Positions 35,716-45,034 of a DNA stretch of 64,000 bases are shown one piece after another. The notes below the pieces were generated by a model, which was given only the letters and a program-made list of their open reading frames with translations, was not told the origin of the DNA and searched no databases. Every line of letters starts with the position of its first letter. Position 1 is the stretch's first letter. The DNA lies in contig CATVXH010000007.1 of the NCBI GenBank assembly GCA_958347955.1, positions 9,638 through 73,637 on the forward strand. Direction: 5' to 3'. The DNA comes from an uncultured Sutterella sp. (GTDB lineage: Bacteria; Pseudomonadota; Gammaproteobacteria; Burkholderiales; Burkholderiaceae_F). Made by a program: the position numbers and the translations under genes.

Positions 35716-35870
35716 CTCTGTATTCCTTTTTGTGAATTCTAAAAGATTTGATTAAATCCAAACATCATTTATTTTTTTTACAGATGTCGACAATATTTAG
35801 CTTTAGGCAACATTGTGAAAGATGAATCTTCATAGAATAAAAAGCAGTTGTGTTTTTTGGGGAAACGATA

Positions 35871-36722
35871 ATGAAGACGAAACTGGAGAAGGTAAAACTC
35901 AATAACGGAGTGAAAATGCCTTCGCTCGGAATCGGTACATGGCAAATCCCCGATTCCGAAGATTTGGTGCATTCACTTGAAAATGCCATCGCCTTAGGTT
36001 ACCGGTATTTAGACACGGCGGCTATCTATGAAAATGAAGGAGCCGTGGGTGAAGCAATCCGCCGCAGCGGTGTCAAACGTTCTGAATTATTTGTTTCTTC
36101 AAAGTGCTGGGCCGCCAATCGAACCTATGATTCCGTGATGCGGGCTTTTGAAGAGTCGCTTAGGAACTTAAAGCTGGATTATCTCGACTGTTACCTTATT
36201 CATTGGCCCTTTACCAAGGGGGATCCTTTGGCATGGCAAAGCGTCAACATCGGAACATGGCGCGCTTTTGAAAAGCTCTATGAAGACGGACTGGTGAAAG
36301 TGATCGGCGTCTCAAACTTTCAGATGCATCACTTGGTGAGTTTCTTGGCCAGAGCCAATGTGAAACCGGCTGTCAATCAATTGGAGTTTCACCCCGGATA
36401 CACGCAAAAGTACACGGTGGCATACTGCAAAAAACAGGGCATAACCGTGGAAGCATGGTCTCCCCTGGGACACGGATCTTTACTTGACGAACCGCAGATT
36501 AAGAAAATCGCGGATCGTTACAACCGGACTGTCGCCCAGGTTATTTTGCGTTGGTGCCGACACCACGATGTGATTCCGGTCACCCGGGCGCTCACCGGTC
36601 CTCATCAGATGGAAAATCTCGAAAGCTTCGACTTTAACTTGAATCAAGAAGACATCGAACGCTTGGATAAACTGCCTGTGATGGGTTTTTCCGGTCTTGA
36701 ACCCGATCACGTTAGTTTTTAA
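35871..36722 (+). CDS. Aldo/keto reductase (DkgA-like)
   Basis: LNNGVKMPSLGIGTW, YRYLDTAAIYENE, DCYLIHWP and IGVSNF motifs. Confidence 0.85.
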   Translation: MKTKLEKVKLNNGVKMPSLGIGTWQIPDSEDLVHSLENAIALGYRYLDTAAIYENEGAVGEAIRRSGVKRSELFVSSKCWAANRTYDSVMRAFEESLRNLKLDYLDCYLIHWPFTKGDPLAWQSVNIGTWRAFEKLYEDGLVKVIGVSNFQMHHLVSFLARANVKPAVNQLEFHPGYTQKYTVAYCKKQGITVEAWSPLGHGSLLDEPQIKKIADRYNRTVAQVILRWCRHHDVIPVTRALTGPHQMENLESFDFNLNQEDIERLDKLPVMGFSGLEPDHVSF

Positions 36723-36739
36723 TCACTACTTGCCTATAA

Positions 36740-36768
36740 AAAAATCCGGCCTTCAAAGCCGGATTTTT
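36740..36768. terminator. Bidirectional terminator between the AKR gene and metQ
   Basis: AAAAATCCGGC..GCCGGATTTTT, an 11-bp stem flanked by A and T runs. Confidence 0.75.
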
Positions 36769-36784
36769 ATCGCGCATTCAAAAA

Positions 36785-37588
36785 TTAAAAGGCCGGTACC
36801 ACAGCGCCCTGGTACTTGTCTTCGATGAATTTGCGCATTTCAGGAGAAGTCAGCGCCTTGGCCAACTTTTGAAGATCCTCGCGCTTATCGCCGCTGCGCA
36901 CAGCCACAATATTGGCATAGGGCGAGTCCTTGCTTTCCATAAACAAGGCATCCTTCATCGGATTGAGATTGACACCTAAGGCGTAGTTGGAATTGATCAC
37001 AGCAAAATCAACGTCATCCAAGGCGCGGGGCAAAACGGCAGCCTCCATTTCGATGATTTGAATCTGCTTGGGATTGGATACGATATCCGCGGGCGTGCCA
37101 TTCACACCCACACCGTCTTTGAGAGTGAAAAAGCCCGCGTCGGCCAAAATCTTCAAAGCGCGACCGCCGTTAGTCGGGTCATTTGGAATGGCGACCTTCG
37201 CGCCATTAGCGACCGTTTTCACATCTTTGGCTTTTTTGGAATACACGCCCATCGGCTCAATATGAACCGCCACGAGGGATTCAAGTTGTAATTTACGTTC
37301 CTTTGTAAAGTTATCCAAGTAGGGCTTGTGTTGGAAGAAATTCGCATCCAATTCCTTGTCTGCCAAAGCCATGTTGGGTTGAACATAATCGGTAAATTCA
37401 ATAATCTCGAGCTTAACGCCTTCTTTGGCAAGCATGGGCTGCGCGGCTTTTAAAATGTCGGCGTGCGGCACGGGAGAGGCACCCACCTTGAGCACTCCGC
37501 TCTTGGCGGCATCATCAGAGCATCCCACGAGCAATCCGCCGGCAGCGATGGCGCAGACACACAAAGAAATTAAGGAACGACGTTTCAT
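36785..37588 (-). CDS. metQ: MetQ/NlpA-family lipoprotein (methionine ABC substrate-binding), no adjacent metNI
   Basis: GGAG precedes ATG 37588. Lipobox LLVGCSDD. LKVGASPVPHADILK..FQHKPYL is typical of MetQ. Confidence 0.8.
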   Translation of the reverse strand: MKRRSLISLCVCAIAAGGLLVGCSDDAAKSGVLKVGASPVPHADILKAAQPMLAKEGVKLEIIEFTDYVQPNMALADKELDANFFQHKPYLDNFTKERKLQLESLVAVHIEPMGVYSKKAKDVKTVANGAKVAIPNDPTNGGRALKILADAGFFTLKDGVGVNGTPADIVSNPKQIQIIEMEAAVLPRALDDVDFAVINSNYALGVNLNPMKDALFMESKDSPYANIVAVRSGDKREDLQKLAKALTSPEMRKFIEDKYQGAVVPAF

Positions 37589-37865
37589 TTTTTCACTCCA
37601 CTTTAAACGACCCGACTCATTATCCCGTAAGAGCCGGTGAAAGGGAATACTCATAAACCTCTAGTTATGGGTAATAGACCTTAGATTTTTCAATAACGAA
37701 TGCTTTATTTTGAGGCACTTTGCGAAACCTTCCGAATTCCAAAATGCCGGTACCAAAAACTCCAATGCTCCATAGTCACAGCGTTAAAATGACGCCAGAT
37801 CATCTCTGACAAAGTCCTGATCTCCTGACGTTCCCCTACTCTCTTTAAATAAACCGGATTCTTGT

Positions 37866-37944
37866 CCTGAAAAAAAGTTGACACTTTTTGATTACTAATG
37901 GAGTGTCAGATGACATACTTCAGAGACTCGACGGAACCGGCTTA
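37866..37944. repeat. Copy B of the 78-nt module (see 1566-1643)
   Basis: CCTGAAAAAAAGTTGACAC..GGAGTGTCAGATGACATACTTCAGAGACTCGACGGAACCGGCTTA. Confidence 0.6.
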
Positions 37945-38004
37945 TCGAGAGTATTGTGCAAAAATTGTTGGCTTTCAAAATCGATTTTCTCAGTATGACC
38001 GTGA

Positions 38005-38118
38005 TCGAATTTCTCGAATGATTTGATTGACAGCTACATCGAATTGAAGATGAAGGATGTTGACCGCGACCGTCAAGCGGTTACGCCTTTGGATTTTGAA
38101 CTCTACTATGCGCTCTAA
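38005..38118 (+). pseudogene. Glutamine synthetase C-terminal relic (37 codons)
   Basis: SNFSNDLIDSYIELKMKDVDRDRQAVTPLDFELYYAL followed by stop parallels the type-I GlnA C-terminus (..DDLIDAYIELK..HP.EFELYY..). A stop lies immediately upstream and no GS body is present. Confidence 0.5.
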
Positions 38119-38286
38119 GAGTTAAAAAATTGCATCTTGGCCGCAAAAAATTAATATCGAAATAATGGAGAGTCTTGCGATATTGCTTTTCGGCCGGGAT
38201 GCAATTTTGGATCCTTAAAAGAAAAAAAACGGTCTGAAAGGGCCGTCACTTCCAAACCGTCTTTCGCGTTTAAGTATTTTCTGTTA

Positions 38287-38940
38287 TCAGCAATTGAAAG
38301 CCTGACGGTATCTCACCAAGTCTTCAACAGTGATCACACAAAGACCATGCAAGTTGGCGAACTCACAAACCTGAGGCAGCTTGGCCATTGTGCCGTCCGG
38401 GTTCATGAGCTCACAAAGAACTCCGGCGGGGTTGAGACCGGCGATTCGCATCAAGTCAACGGTGGCCTCCGTATGACCGCGGCGCTCGAGCACGCCGTTG
38501 GGACGGGCGCGTAGCGGATACACATGCCCAGGACGCAAAAGATCTTCCGGCTTTCCGTTGGGATTGGCGGCCGCCTTAATGGTTGTCACACGGTCCTTGG
38601 CACTGACGCCGGTCGTGCAGCCCTTGGCCGCCTCAATGGAGACACAAAACGCCGTTCCCTGCGTATTCGTGTTGTTTTGCACCATCTGCGGCAAATCAAG
38701 CCGCTTGCAGTCTTCGTCGCGCAGACAGACACAAACAATGCCGGAGCAGGCGCGAATCATGAGCGCCATTTGCTCAACAGTCAAAAAGTCGGTGGATAAA
38801 ATAAGATCGCCTTCGTTTTCCCGATTTTCATCATCAACCACCATCACACCGCGCCCGGCACGAAGATCGGCAATCGCGCGCTTGACACGCAGGTAGCTGT
38901 CGGCGCCGTATTGCGCCAAAAGGTTTTCAGACTGATGCAT
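38287..38940 (-). CDS. ribB: 3,4-dihydroxy-2-butanone-4-phosphate synthase
   Basis: 217 aa with [19 protein letters not shown] and [11 protein letters not shown] motifs. Confidence 0.9.
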   Translation of the reverse strand: MHQSENLLAQYGADSYLRVKRAIADLRAGRGVMVVDDENRENEGDLILSTDFLTVEQMALMIRACSGIVCVCLRDEDCKRLDLPQMVQNNTNTQGTAFCVSIEAAKGCTTGVSAKDRVTTIKAAANPNGKPEDLLRPGHVYPLRARPNGVLERRGHTEATVDLMRIAGLNPAGVLCELMNPDGTMAKLPQVCEFANLHGLCVITVEDLVRYRQAFNC

Positions 38941-38969
38941 AGAAAAATCCTTTCTTCAAAACAGAATTG

Positions 38970-38998
38970 AAAAAAGGCATCAGGGAGAAGAGGACGCC
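38970..38998 (-). terminator. Expression-platform terminator of the FMN riboswitch
   Basis: On the minus strand, GGCGTC..GATGCC (6 bp with one G-U) is followed by TTTTTT. It overlaps an alternative GAGGAC..GTCCTC helix at 38990-39014. Confidence 0.5.
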
Positions 38999-39027
38999 GA
39001 GAATCGATGTCCTCACGAGGAAAGTTT

Positions 39028-39155
39028 TAGCTCTTTCTTCCGGACTTTAACCGTCGGTATCGGAATCGCACCGATTCTGCTGACCAGGCAAAATTACCCG
39101 CGCTCGTGGACTGTCACCACCGGTAGGGAATTTCACCCTGCCCTGAGACCGGTGG
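39028..39155 (-). promoter_or_regulatory. FMN riboswitch (RFN element) controlling ribB
   Basis: The minus strand reads CTCAGGGCAGGGTGAAATTCCCTACCGGTGGT..AGTCCACGAGCG..GGTCAGCAGAATCGGTGCGATTCCGATACCGACGGTTAAAGTCCGGAAGAAAGAG, matching the RFN consensus blocks. Confidence 0.9.
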
Positions 39156-39160
39156 TGATT

Positions 39161-41005
39161 TTAACGCTTTTTTGCAGCTTCGGTGTACCGGGCACTTAAA
39201 ACATGCCATAACCGACGAATATCCGACGGACTCTTATCGGCTTTTTTCGAGCGATATTCACAGTGAAGCAGCTCATGAGCGAGGTGCGAGCCCGGTTTGC
39301 CCAGCGACTGTCCGTAAAGAGCAGTGATTTCGGGATTTTTGTGAGACTCTCTCACCTTCGCATCATCATCGATACGGTAAAGTGCCTCCTGACGGGTGTG
39401 CGTGTAGAGCTGATAGTTATTCTTTTTGCGCGGAGTGCCGCCGCCGGCGATACAGCCGCCGGGACAGGCCATCACTTCCACAAAGTCGTAGGCAACCTCG
39501 CCAGCGCTCATCTTATCGAGCAGGGCCTGCGTCCGTGCCAAACCATGCACAATGGCAATGCGGATTGTGCCGAATTCACCTAGCTCCGCTTGCGCCTCTT
39601 TAACCCCCTCCAGACCTCGGGCAGGTTCGAAAACCAAAGGTTTCATGGATTCACCGTTATGCGTGAGCGCGTACACTGTGCGGACGGCTGCCTCCATCAC
39701 TCCGCCCGTTGTGCCGAAAATAGCTCCGGCGCCTGAATAGTCGGTAAAGAGATGCTCGTCACGCTGCATGGGTTTGCAGTTTTTCAAATGCATGCCGCAG
39801 CGTCTTAAGAGTTTGGCGAGCTCTCTGACAGTCAACACCGCGTCCACATCCTGTCCTTCTTCGCGTGCCAATGTCGGTCGGAGCGCCTCGCCCTTTTTGG
39901 CTGTGCAAGGCATGATGGAAATCACACGAAGCTTTTCGCGCGCGACATTCAATTTGCCCGGCAACAGCGCCTTGGCCAAAGCGCCGAACACCGCCTGCGG
40001 CGAGCGCGTTGTGGACAGATACTCCATCACCATCGGCGCATGTTTTTCCACATAATTCACCCAGCCCGGACAGCACGAGGTAAACATCGGAAGCGCGGTC
40101 TCTTTATTTTCCGCTCGAGCTTTCAAGCGTTCAAGAAGCTCGGTGCCTTCCTCCATGATGACAACGTCTGCGGCAAAGTTCGTATCCATAACGTAGTCAA
40201 CGCCTATGTGTTTTAAGGCGTAAACAATCAAAGGCTCGACATTTTCACCGGGGCCAAAACCGAACTCTTCTCCGAGCGTGACGCGGACCGCCGGAGCCAT
40301 TTGCACAATCGTCACCGTTTCGGGGTCATCAATCATGTTGAGCACCCGGTCGGTTTCATCTTTTTCACTCAAAGCTCCGGTCGGACACACTAAGGTGCAC
40401 TGTCCGCACTGCACGCACTTGGCGGAGTCGGCCCAGCGCTTCGCTCCGGTCATCGCGACGCCTGCCATCGTGCCGAAATTATCAATGGTAAGCGCGCCGA
40501 TTCCCTGAATTTGTCGGCACACCTCCACACAGCGTCCGCAGCGGATGCACTTGTTGACGTCGCGCACGATTCCCATGGAGGAATTGTCATAGGGGCGTTT
40601 GGCTATAAAGTTCGATGGCGTCGGCGTATGAGGCATGCCGATAAATAGAGCGACGTCCTGAAGCTCACAGTTGCCGTGTCTTGAGCAGCTCTTGCAGTCC
40701 TGATCGTGATCGGCAAAAAGCAGTTGCATCTGAAGCTGCTGCATTTTTCTCACCCGCTCGTTGCGAGTGAAAATACGTTGTCCCTTCTTGATCGGCGTGG
40801 TGCAGGCTGTCACCACTCTCCCCGTCTCTTCTCCCTCATCGAAAACTTCGACCAAACACATCCGGCAAGTGCCGGGTGTATGGTTTAGAGGCATGAAGGC
40901 GCAAAGCGTCGGAATAAAAACATTATGCTTTTTGGCAACCTGAAGGATTGTTTGACCTTCTTCAAAATCCACTTTCTGTCCGTTAAACCAAGCAAAATTT
41001 TCCAT
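39161..41005 (-). CDS. hydA: [FeFe]-hydrogenase catalytic subunit with N-terminal 2Fe-2S and 4Fe-4S domains
   Basis: H-cluster motifs TSCCPGW, MPCTAKKGE and EVMACPGGCIAGGG. N-terminal CRMCLVEV. GGAGAGG lies 5 nt before ATG 41005. Confidence 0.9.
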   Translation of the reverse strand: MENFAWFNGQKVDFEEGQTILQVAKKHNVFIPTLCAFMPLNHTPGTCRMCLVEVFDEGEETGRVVTACTTPIKKGQRIFTRNERVRKMQQLQMQLLFADHDQDCKSCSRHGNCELQDVALFIGMPHTPTPSNFIAKRPYDNSSMGIVRDVNKCIRCGRCVEVCRQIQGIGALTIDNFGTMAGVAMTGAKRWADSAKCVQCGQCTLVCPTGALSEKDETDRVLNMIDDPETVTIVQMAPAVRVTLGEEFGFGPGENVEPLIVYALKHIGVDYVMDTNFAADVVIMEEGTELLERLKARAENKETALPMFTSCCPGWVNYVEKHAPMVMEYLSTTRSPQAVFGALAKALLPGKLNVAREKLRVISIMPCTAKKGEALRPTLAREEGQDVDAVLTVRELAKLLRRCGMHLKNCKPMQRDEHLFTDYSGAGAIFGTTGGVMEAAVRTVYALTHNGESMKPLVFEPARGLEGVKEAQAELGEFGTIRIAIVHGLARTQALLDKMSAGEVAYDFVEVMACPGGCIAGGGTPRKKNNYQLYTHTRQEALYRIDDDAKVRESHKNPEITALYGQSLGKPGSHLAHELLHCEYRSKKADKSPSDIRRLWHVLSARYTEAAKKR

Positions 41006-41016
41006 GACGCCTCTCC

Positions 41017-43023
41017 TTAAACCGCTTGGTTCTGAATATGAGTGATGTTGCCGGGAATCGGCAACTGAGTGACCACACCGTATATGCGATAGCAGCGCAT
41101 GCAACGATTGGACTCGCTAATGGCTTCTTTTTCGGTCATTGAAAGGTCCACTTCTTCAAAATTACCTCGACGCTCCTCGTTTGAAAGTGTCTTTAACTTG
41201 TGGCGCGGGGCTTTGCATAAATCAATCTTGGGATTATTTTCATGCATCAAATCGCCCTTTTTGATGAGCTCACCCATGCGCCTGCGGGCGACAAAGCCCA
41301 CAGAGCCCCGAGTCAGGTATTCATTGATGGACTGAGCGGCGATTTGACCTTGAGCGAGACCGTCAATCAATGTGGTAGGACCGGTGGCGGCGTCACCGCC
41401 GGCAAAAACACCGGGACGAGTTGTCGCCAAAGCGTCCGAGACAAAAATATTGCCGCGCTTATCAAACATAATGCCGTCATCATCGCAGAGCACTTCTTTA
41501 TCCAGGCGCTGACCGATTGCGGCAATTAGATGCGTGCAAGGTAAAACAGTGTCGGTGCCTTCAATTTCGATGAGTTTGCCACGGCGAGAGCCGGGGACCT
41601 TTTCCTCACGCATTTTGGCGATCTTTAATCCCGTGACCTTGCCTTCTTCGCTCAAAATTTCTTTTTGCACAGAAAGGAAATGGAAAACAATTCCTTCTTC
41701 CTTGGCGGCAATCACTTCCTCGTGATCGGCGGGCATTCCCTCTTCGGTCCGACGGTAAACCACATGAACCTGACCGTCGGTTAAACGGACGGCTGAACGG
41801 GCGCAATCCATGGCGACGTTGCCACCGCCGACAACGACCACATCGCCGGACAGTTTAAAGGGCTTGTTACCGGTGACGGCCCGTTCGACTTTTTGCAGGA
41901 AGTCAATGCCGTTAAAGTATCCGGTCAAGGTGGTGTCTTCGTTTTCAAGACCGAGATACATGCCCTTAGAACAGCCGACACCTAAGAAAATAGCGTTATA
42001 GCCGCGCTTAAAAAGATCAGCGATTGAGAAATCGTACCCCAGGCGTTGGTGATAGAAATACCGACCGCCCAATTCGGTGATTACTTCGGTTTCGCTTTCA
42101 AGCAGGCCTTTGGGCAATCTGTACTGAGGAATGCCGACCTGAGCCATGCCGCCCGCGTGACTGTTGGCCTCAAAAATGTCGACTTTATAACCTTGAAGCA
42201 GCAAGTGATAGGCGCAGTTGATGCCGGCGGGACCGGCGCCGATCACGGCTACTTTGGGACTCAACGGATTGGTTTCCCTCTGCGCCTGATGGAAAAGCTC
42301 TTGCATGGGGCCAGTGGCGTCGGCCGCATATCGCTTAAGATTTTTGATATCCACCGGACTGTCAAGATACTGACGGCGGCAGGCTTTCTCGCAATAGCGT
42401 ACGCAGACCCTGCCGCAGCTGCCCACGAGCGGATAGTGCCGCAATAAAACCGCCGCGCTCATCTCAGGCTCGCCCGCTTTAATGTAGTCGATGTAACGGG
42501 GCACATCGACGTGCGCCGGGCAGGCTTCAATACAGGGGGCGCTCATGAGCGTGTAATAGTCGTATACATTCTCAGCGACGGGTTGTGCGTGTAGGAGCTC
42601 TTCCGGACAAAATTCCAGTGCCCCCAACAGCGCGACGGGCGTCGTTTGACCGATTCCGCACAAGCTCGTCTCCTTCATCTGAAGAGCCACGGATTTCACA
42701 TATTCCCAATCCACTTCACCGGCTTTGCCCTTGACCGCTTTTTCAAGCGCCTCGGCAATTACCAACACACCCACGCGGCAAGGCGTGCATTTTCCGCACG
42801 TCTCTCTTGCGGCGCGTTGGTAGTAACGCCACAACGAGAACGCGAGATTGGCCCTGCGGTCCATCACCAGAAAGCCGCGGTCACAAACAAAACTCATGAT
42901 CGGGTTGCCGGGATTGAACTGTGAGAATTGCTCAAGAGGCAGATTCTCCGGAGCCGTCGGGGTAAATGTGGATCGGTTATCGTAAAAGCGTCCGTCCCAT
43001 ACGCCGAAAATCAAGGGATTCAT
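41017..43023 (-). CDS. NuoF-C-terminal-like Fe-S domain fused to a GltD-like NAD(P)H/FAD oxidoreductase (hydrogenase partner)
   Basis: ETCGKCTPCRVG (NuoF-type cluster motif), then VAVIGAGPAGINCAYHL..GGMAQVGIPQYRLPK and VVVVGGGNVAMDCA (GltD-type dinucleotide folds). Confidence 0.8.
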   Translation of the reverse strand: MNPLIFGVWDGRFYDNRSTFTPTAPENLPLEQFSQFNPGNPIMSFVCDRGFLVMDRRANLAFSLWRYYQRAARETCGKCTPCRVGVLVIAEALEKAVKGKAGEVDWEYVKSVALQMKETSLCGIGQTTPVALLGALEFCPEELLHAQPVAENVYDYYTLMSAPCIEACPAHVDVPRYIDYIKAGEPEMSAAVLLRHYPLVGSCGRVCVRYCEKACRRQYLDSPVDIKNLKRYAADATGPMQELFHQAQRETNPLSPKVAVIGAGPAGINCAYHLLLQGYKVDIFEANSHAGGMAQVGIPQYRLPKGLLESETEVITELGGRYFYHQRLGYDFSIADLFKRGYNAIFLGVGCSKGMYLGLENEDTTLTGYFNGIDFLQKVERAVTGNKPFKLSGDVVVVGGGNVAMDCARSAVRLTDGQVHVVYRRTEEGMPADHEEVIAAKEEGIVFHFLSVQKEILSEEGKVTGLKIAKMREEKVPGSRRGKLIEIEGTDTVLPCTHLIAAIGQRLDKEVLCDDDGIMFDKRGNIFVSDALATTRPGVFAGGDAATGPTTLIDGLAQGQIAAQSINEYLTRGSVGFVARRRMGELIKKGDLMHENNPKIDLCKAPRHKLKTLSNEERRGNFEEVDLSMTEKEAISESNRCMRCYRIYGVVTQLPIPGNITHIQNQAV

Positions 43024-43215
43024 AATTTGAACGCACAGCAAAGCCAATCAAGCCGCCGCGCGCCGCCTCCTTTTTTTTCCTAAATTCGTTAATCGGTCCA
43101 AATAAAGTTCATCTTGAGCTCGATTTACTTTCAAAGGGGTATGCATGCGAGCTCAAAATGAAAATCAAACCTCTTAATTATGCCTGTTAGCAGAGCGTAA
43201 TAGCCATAATGCTCT

Positions 43216-44310
43216 TTAATGATCCGACTTAATGCCCGCGCCGCACATTGTGATCAGCGTGTCGGGAGTCGGTCCGTAAATTTCGCAATAATGTAAATAA
43301 GCAGCGTAGTTGGCGGCCGTCGTGTGTTCACAGTAAATACCGCGAGAGGCCAAGTGCGCGCGGGCCTGCAAAATTTTATCTTCCGGAGCCGTCACAAAAC
43401 GGATATTGTGACGATAGGCCATCTGCAGCAATTCCTTGCCGCGGCTGGGCTTGCCGATGGCAATGCCTTCTGCCATTGTGTCGACCACAGGCACCTCGAC
43501 GGGTTCATCCGCATGGTTCTGAACAGCTTTAAAAAGCGGATCACACAGTTCGCTCTGAAGAGCAATTATTTGCGGGAATTTTTCAATGGCGCCGGAAGCC
43601 AGCAAATGCTCCAACGCTTTCACCACACCAATGTATAAAGTGCCGTTGCCGACCGGCACGACAATATTGGCCGGGATCCTTCCCAATTGCTCAAACGTCT
43701 CATAGATGTACGCCTTCATGCCTTCATAAAAGAAAGGATTAAAGACGTGATTGGCGTAGTATTTGTGCTCATCACGCACCTTGGCGCGGCACACATCGGC
43801 GCAGTGGTCGCGGCTGCCGGGGACTTCATTGACCTTAGCGCCGTGAGACTTGATCATTCGAATCTTAGAGGGGCTTGTGCCTTCTTTGACAAAAATCTCA
43901 CAGCCGATTCCCGCGCGAGCGGCGTAGGCGGCAACCGCGTTACCGGCGTTGCCGCTTGAATCCTGAACACAGTCGGTGACGCCGATAGACTTCATGTGCG
44001 CCACTAGCGTGGCAGCTCCGCGATCCTTAAATGAAAGGGTCGGCATGTAGTAGTCCATCTTGAGAAGAACATCCTTGTCGAGACGGATAATGGGCGTCAT
44101 CCCCTCACCCATTGTCACATCTTTCCAGCAATCATCTTCGAGCGCCATGAAACGGCGATAGCGAAACTGATTCCACTGTGTTTTATCAATGAGCGACTCA
44201 TCCCACTTCTCTGGCGTGTAATCCAACTCAAAAAGACCGCCGCACTCACAGCAAGGCTCTTTTGTCGTGGTGGGAGTTAATTTACCGCAACGAGTACAAA
44301 TGTAGTTCAT
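43216..44310 (-). CDS. Threonine-synthase-like PLP enzyme with N-terminal zinc ribbon
   Basis: CTRCG..CCECGG ribbon, PLP lysine motif PTLSFKDRGA, and DSSGNAGNAVAAYAA. Confidence 0.7.
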   Translation of the reverse strand: MNYICTRCGKLTPTTTKEPCCECGGLFELDYTPEKWDESLIDKTQWNQFRYRRFMALEDDCWKDVTMGEGMTPIIRLDKDVLLKMDYYMPTLSFKDRGAATLVAHMKSIGVTDCVQDSSGNAGNAVAAYAARAGIGCEIFVKEGTSPSKIRMIKSHGAKVNEVPGSRDHCADVCRAKVRDEHKYYANHVFNPFFYEGMKAYIYETFEQLGRIPANIVVPVGNGTLYIGVVKALEHLLASGAIEKFPQIIALQSELCDPLFKAVQNHADEPVEVPVVDTMAEGIAIGKPSRGKELLQMAYRHNIRFVTAPEDKILQARAHLASRGIYCEHTTAANYAAYLHYCEIYGPTPDTLITMCGAGIKSDH

Positions 44311-44329
44311 GAGTTACTCCTCAAAAAAA

Positions 44330-45001
44330 TTAACGTTTACCGTGAATCTGGTCTAAATAGCCGTATAGGGTCACTTTTGACAGACCGAGTTTGCCTGCGA
44401 CGTATTCCAATGAACCCTTCACTAAAAACACTCCCCGCTCATCCATAAAACGGATCAATTGGAGACGATCTTCACGGGTATGGGAGCCTGCGCTCACCAA
44501 TTCATTGACCATGGAATCGATCATGCTGTTGACAAACTGACGCACGCTGTCCTTGTTTTCAACCGGAGTCTTATTTTCAGTCCCTGCATTGTCAAAAGTT
44601 TGTTTCTGCGCAGAGACGCGGGCTCCCTCCGGGCCATTCACCCAGGCATTGAGCACTTCCAAAACCTTCTCGGCCTCAGAAGTATCAATATTGATACAAA
44701 GCGCCCCGATCAGCTCGTTTTTGTCATTGCGGATCAAAAGGGATGATGAGCGTATGCGCTTGCCGTCGTGATCAAAGAAATAATTGTCGACAACACCATC
44801 GTCGGGATTGCCCGCGAAAACCGCTTTTTCAATAAGATGATGGAAAGTTTGTCCGACCTTTCTGCCGGTCACAAAACTGTTGGCTACATAAACGACCGAG
44901 TGCTGTGGCATCTGCATGTCATGTAAAACGACTTCCGCATGAGGGAAGGTTCTCGCTATTAACTCGGCTACTGACAAATAAGGTTGAAGTGCTTTATTCA
45001 T
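44330..45001 (-). CDS. YheO/DauR-like regulator (PAS-like sensor plus C-terminal HTH)
   Basis: N-terminal LQPYLSVAELIARTFPHAEVVLHD and C-terminal GSLEYVAGKLGLSKVTLYGYL are typical of the YheO family (recalled). Confidence 0.65.
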   Translation of the reverse strand: MNKALQPYLSVAELIARTFPHAEVVLHDMQMPQHSVVYVANSFVTGRKVGQTFHHLIEKAVFAGNPDDGVVDNYFFDHDGKRIRSSSLLIRNDKNELIGALCINIDTSEAEKVLEVLNAWVNGPEGARVSAQKQTFDNAGTENKTPVENKDSVRQFVNSMIDSMVNELVSAGSHTREDRLQLIRFMDERGVFLVKGSLEYVAGKLGLSKVTLYGYLDQIHGKR

Positions 45002-45034
45002 AATGCCGTTAGTTTACATAAATTTTTATGCGTA

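Noticed and set aside
41006-41104. 33-codon N-terminal extension of the hydrogenase ORF, and similar upstream extensions of the ORFs at 43047, 15400, 21706, 37654, 35850, 61905 and 45159
   Set aside because: The extensions overlap the preceding gene or lack ribosome-binding sites. Most internal starts have GGAG-type boxes at 5-9 nt (the 43023 ATG does not), and several give canonical N-termini such as signal peptides, lipoboxes and the YciB start.
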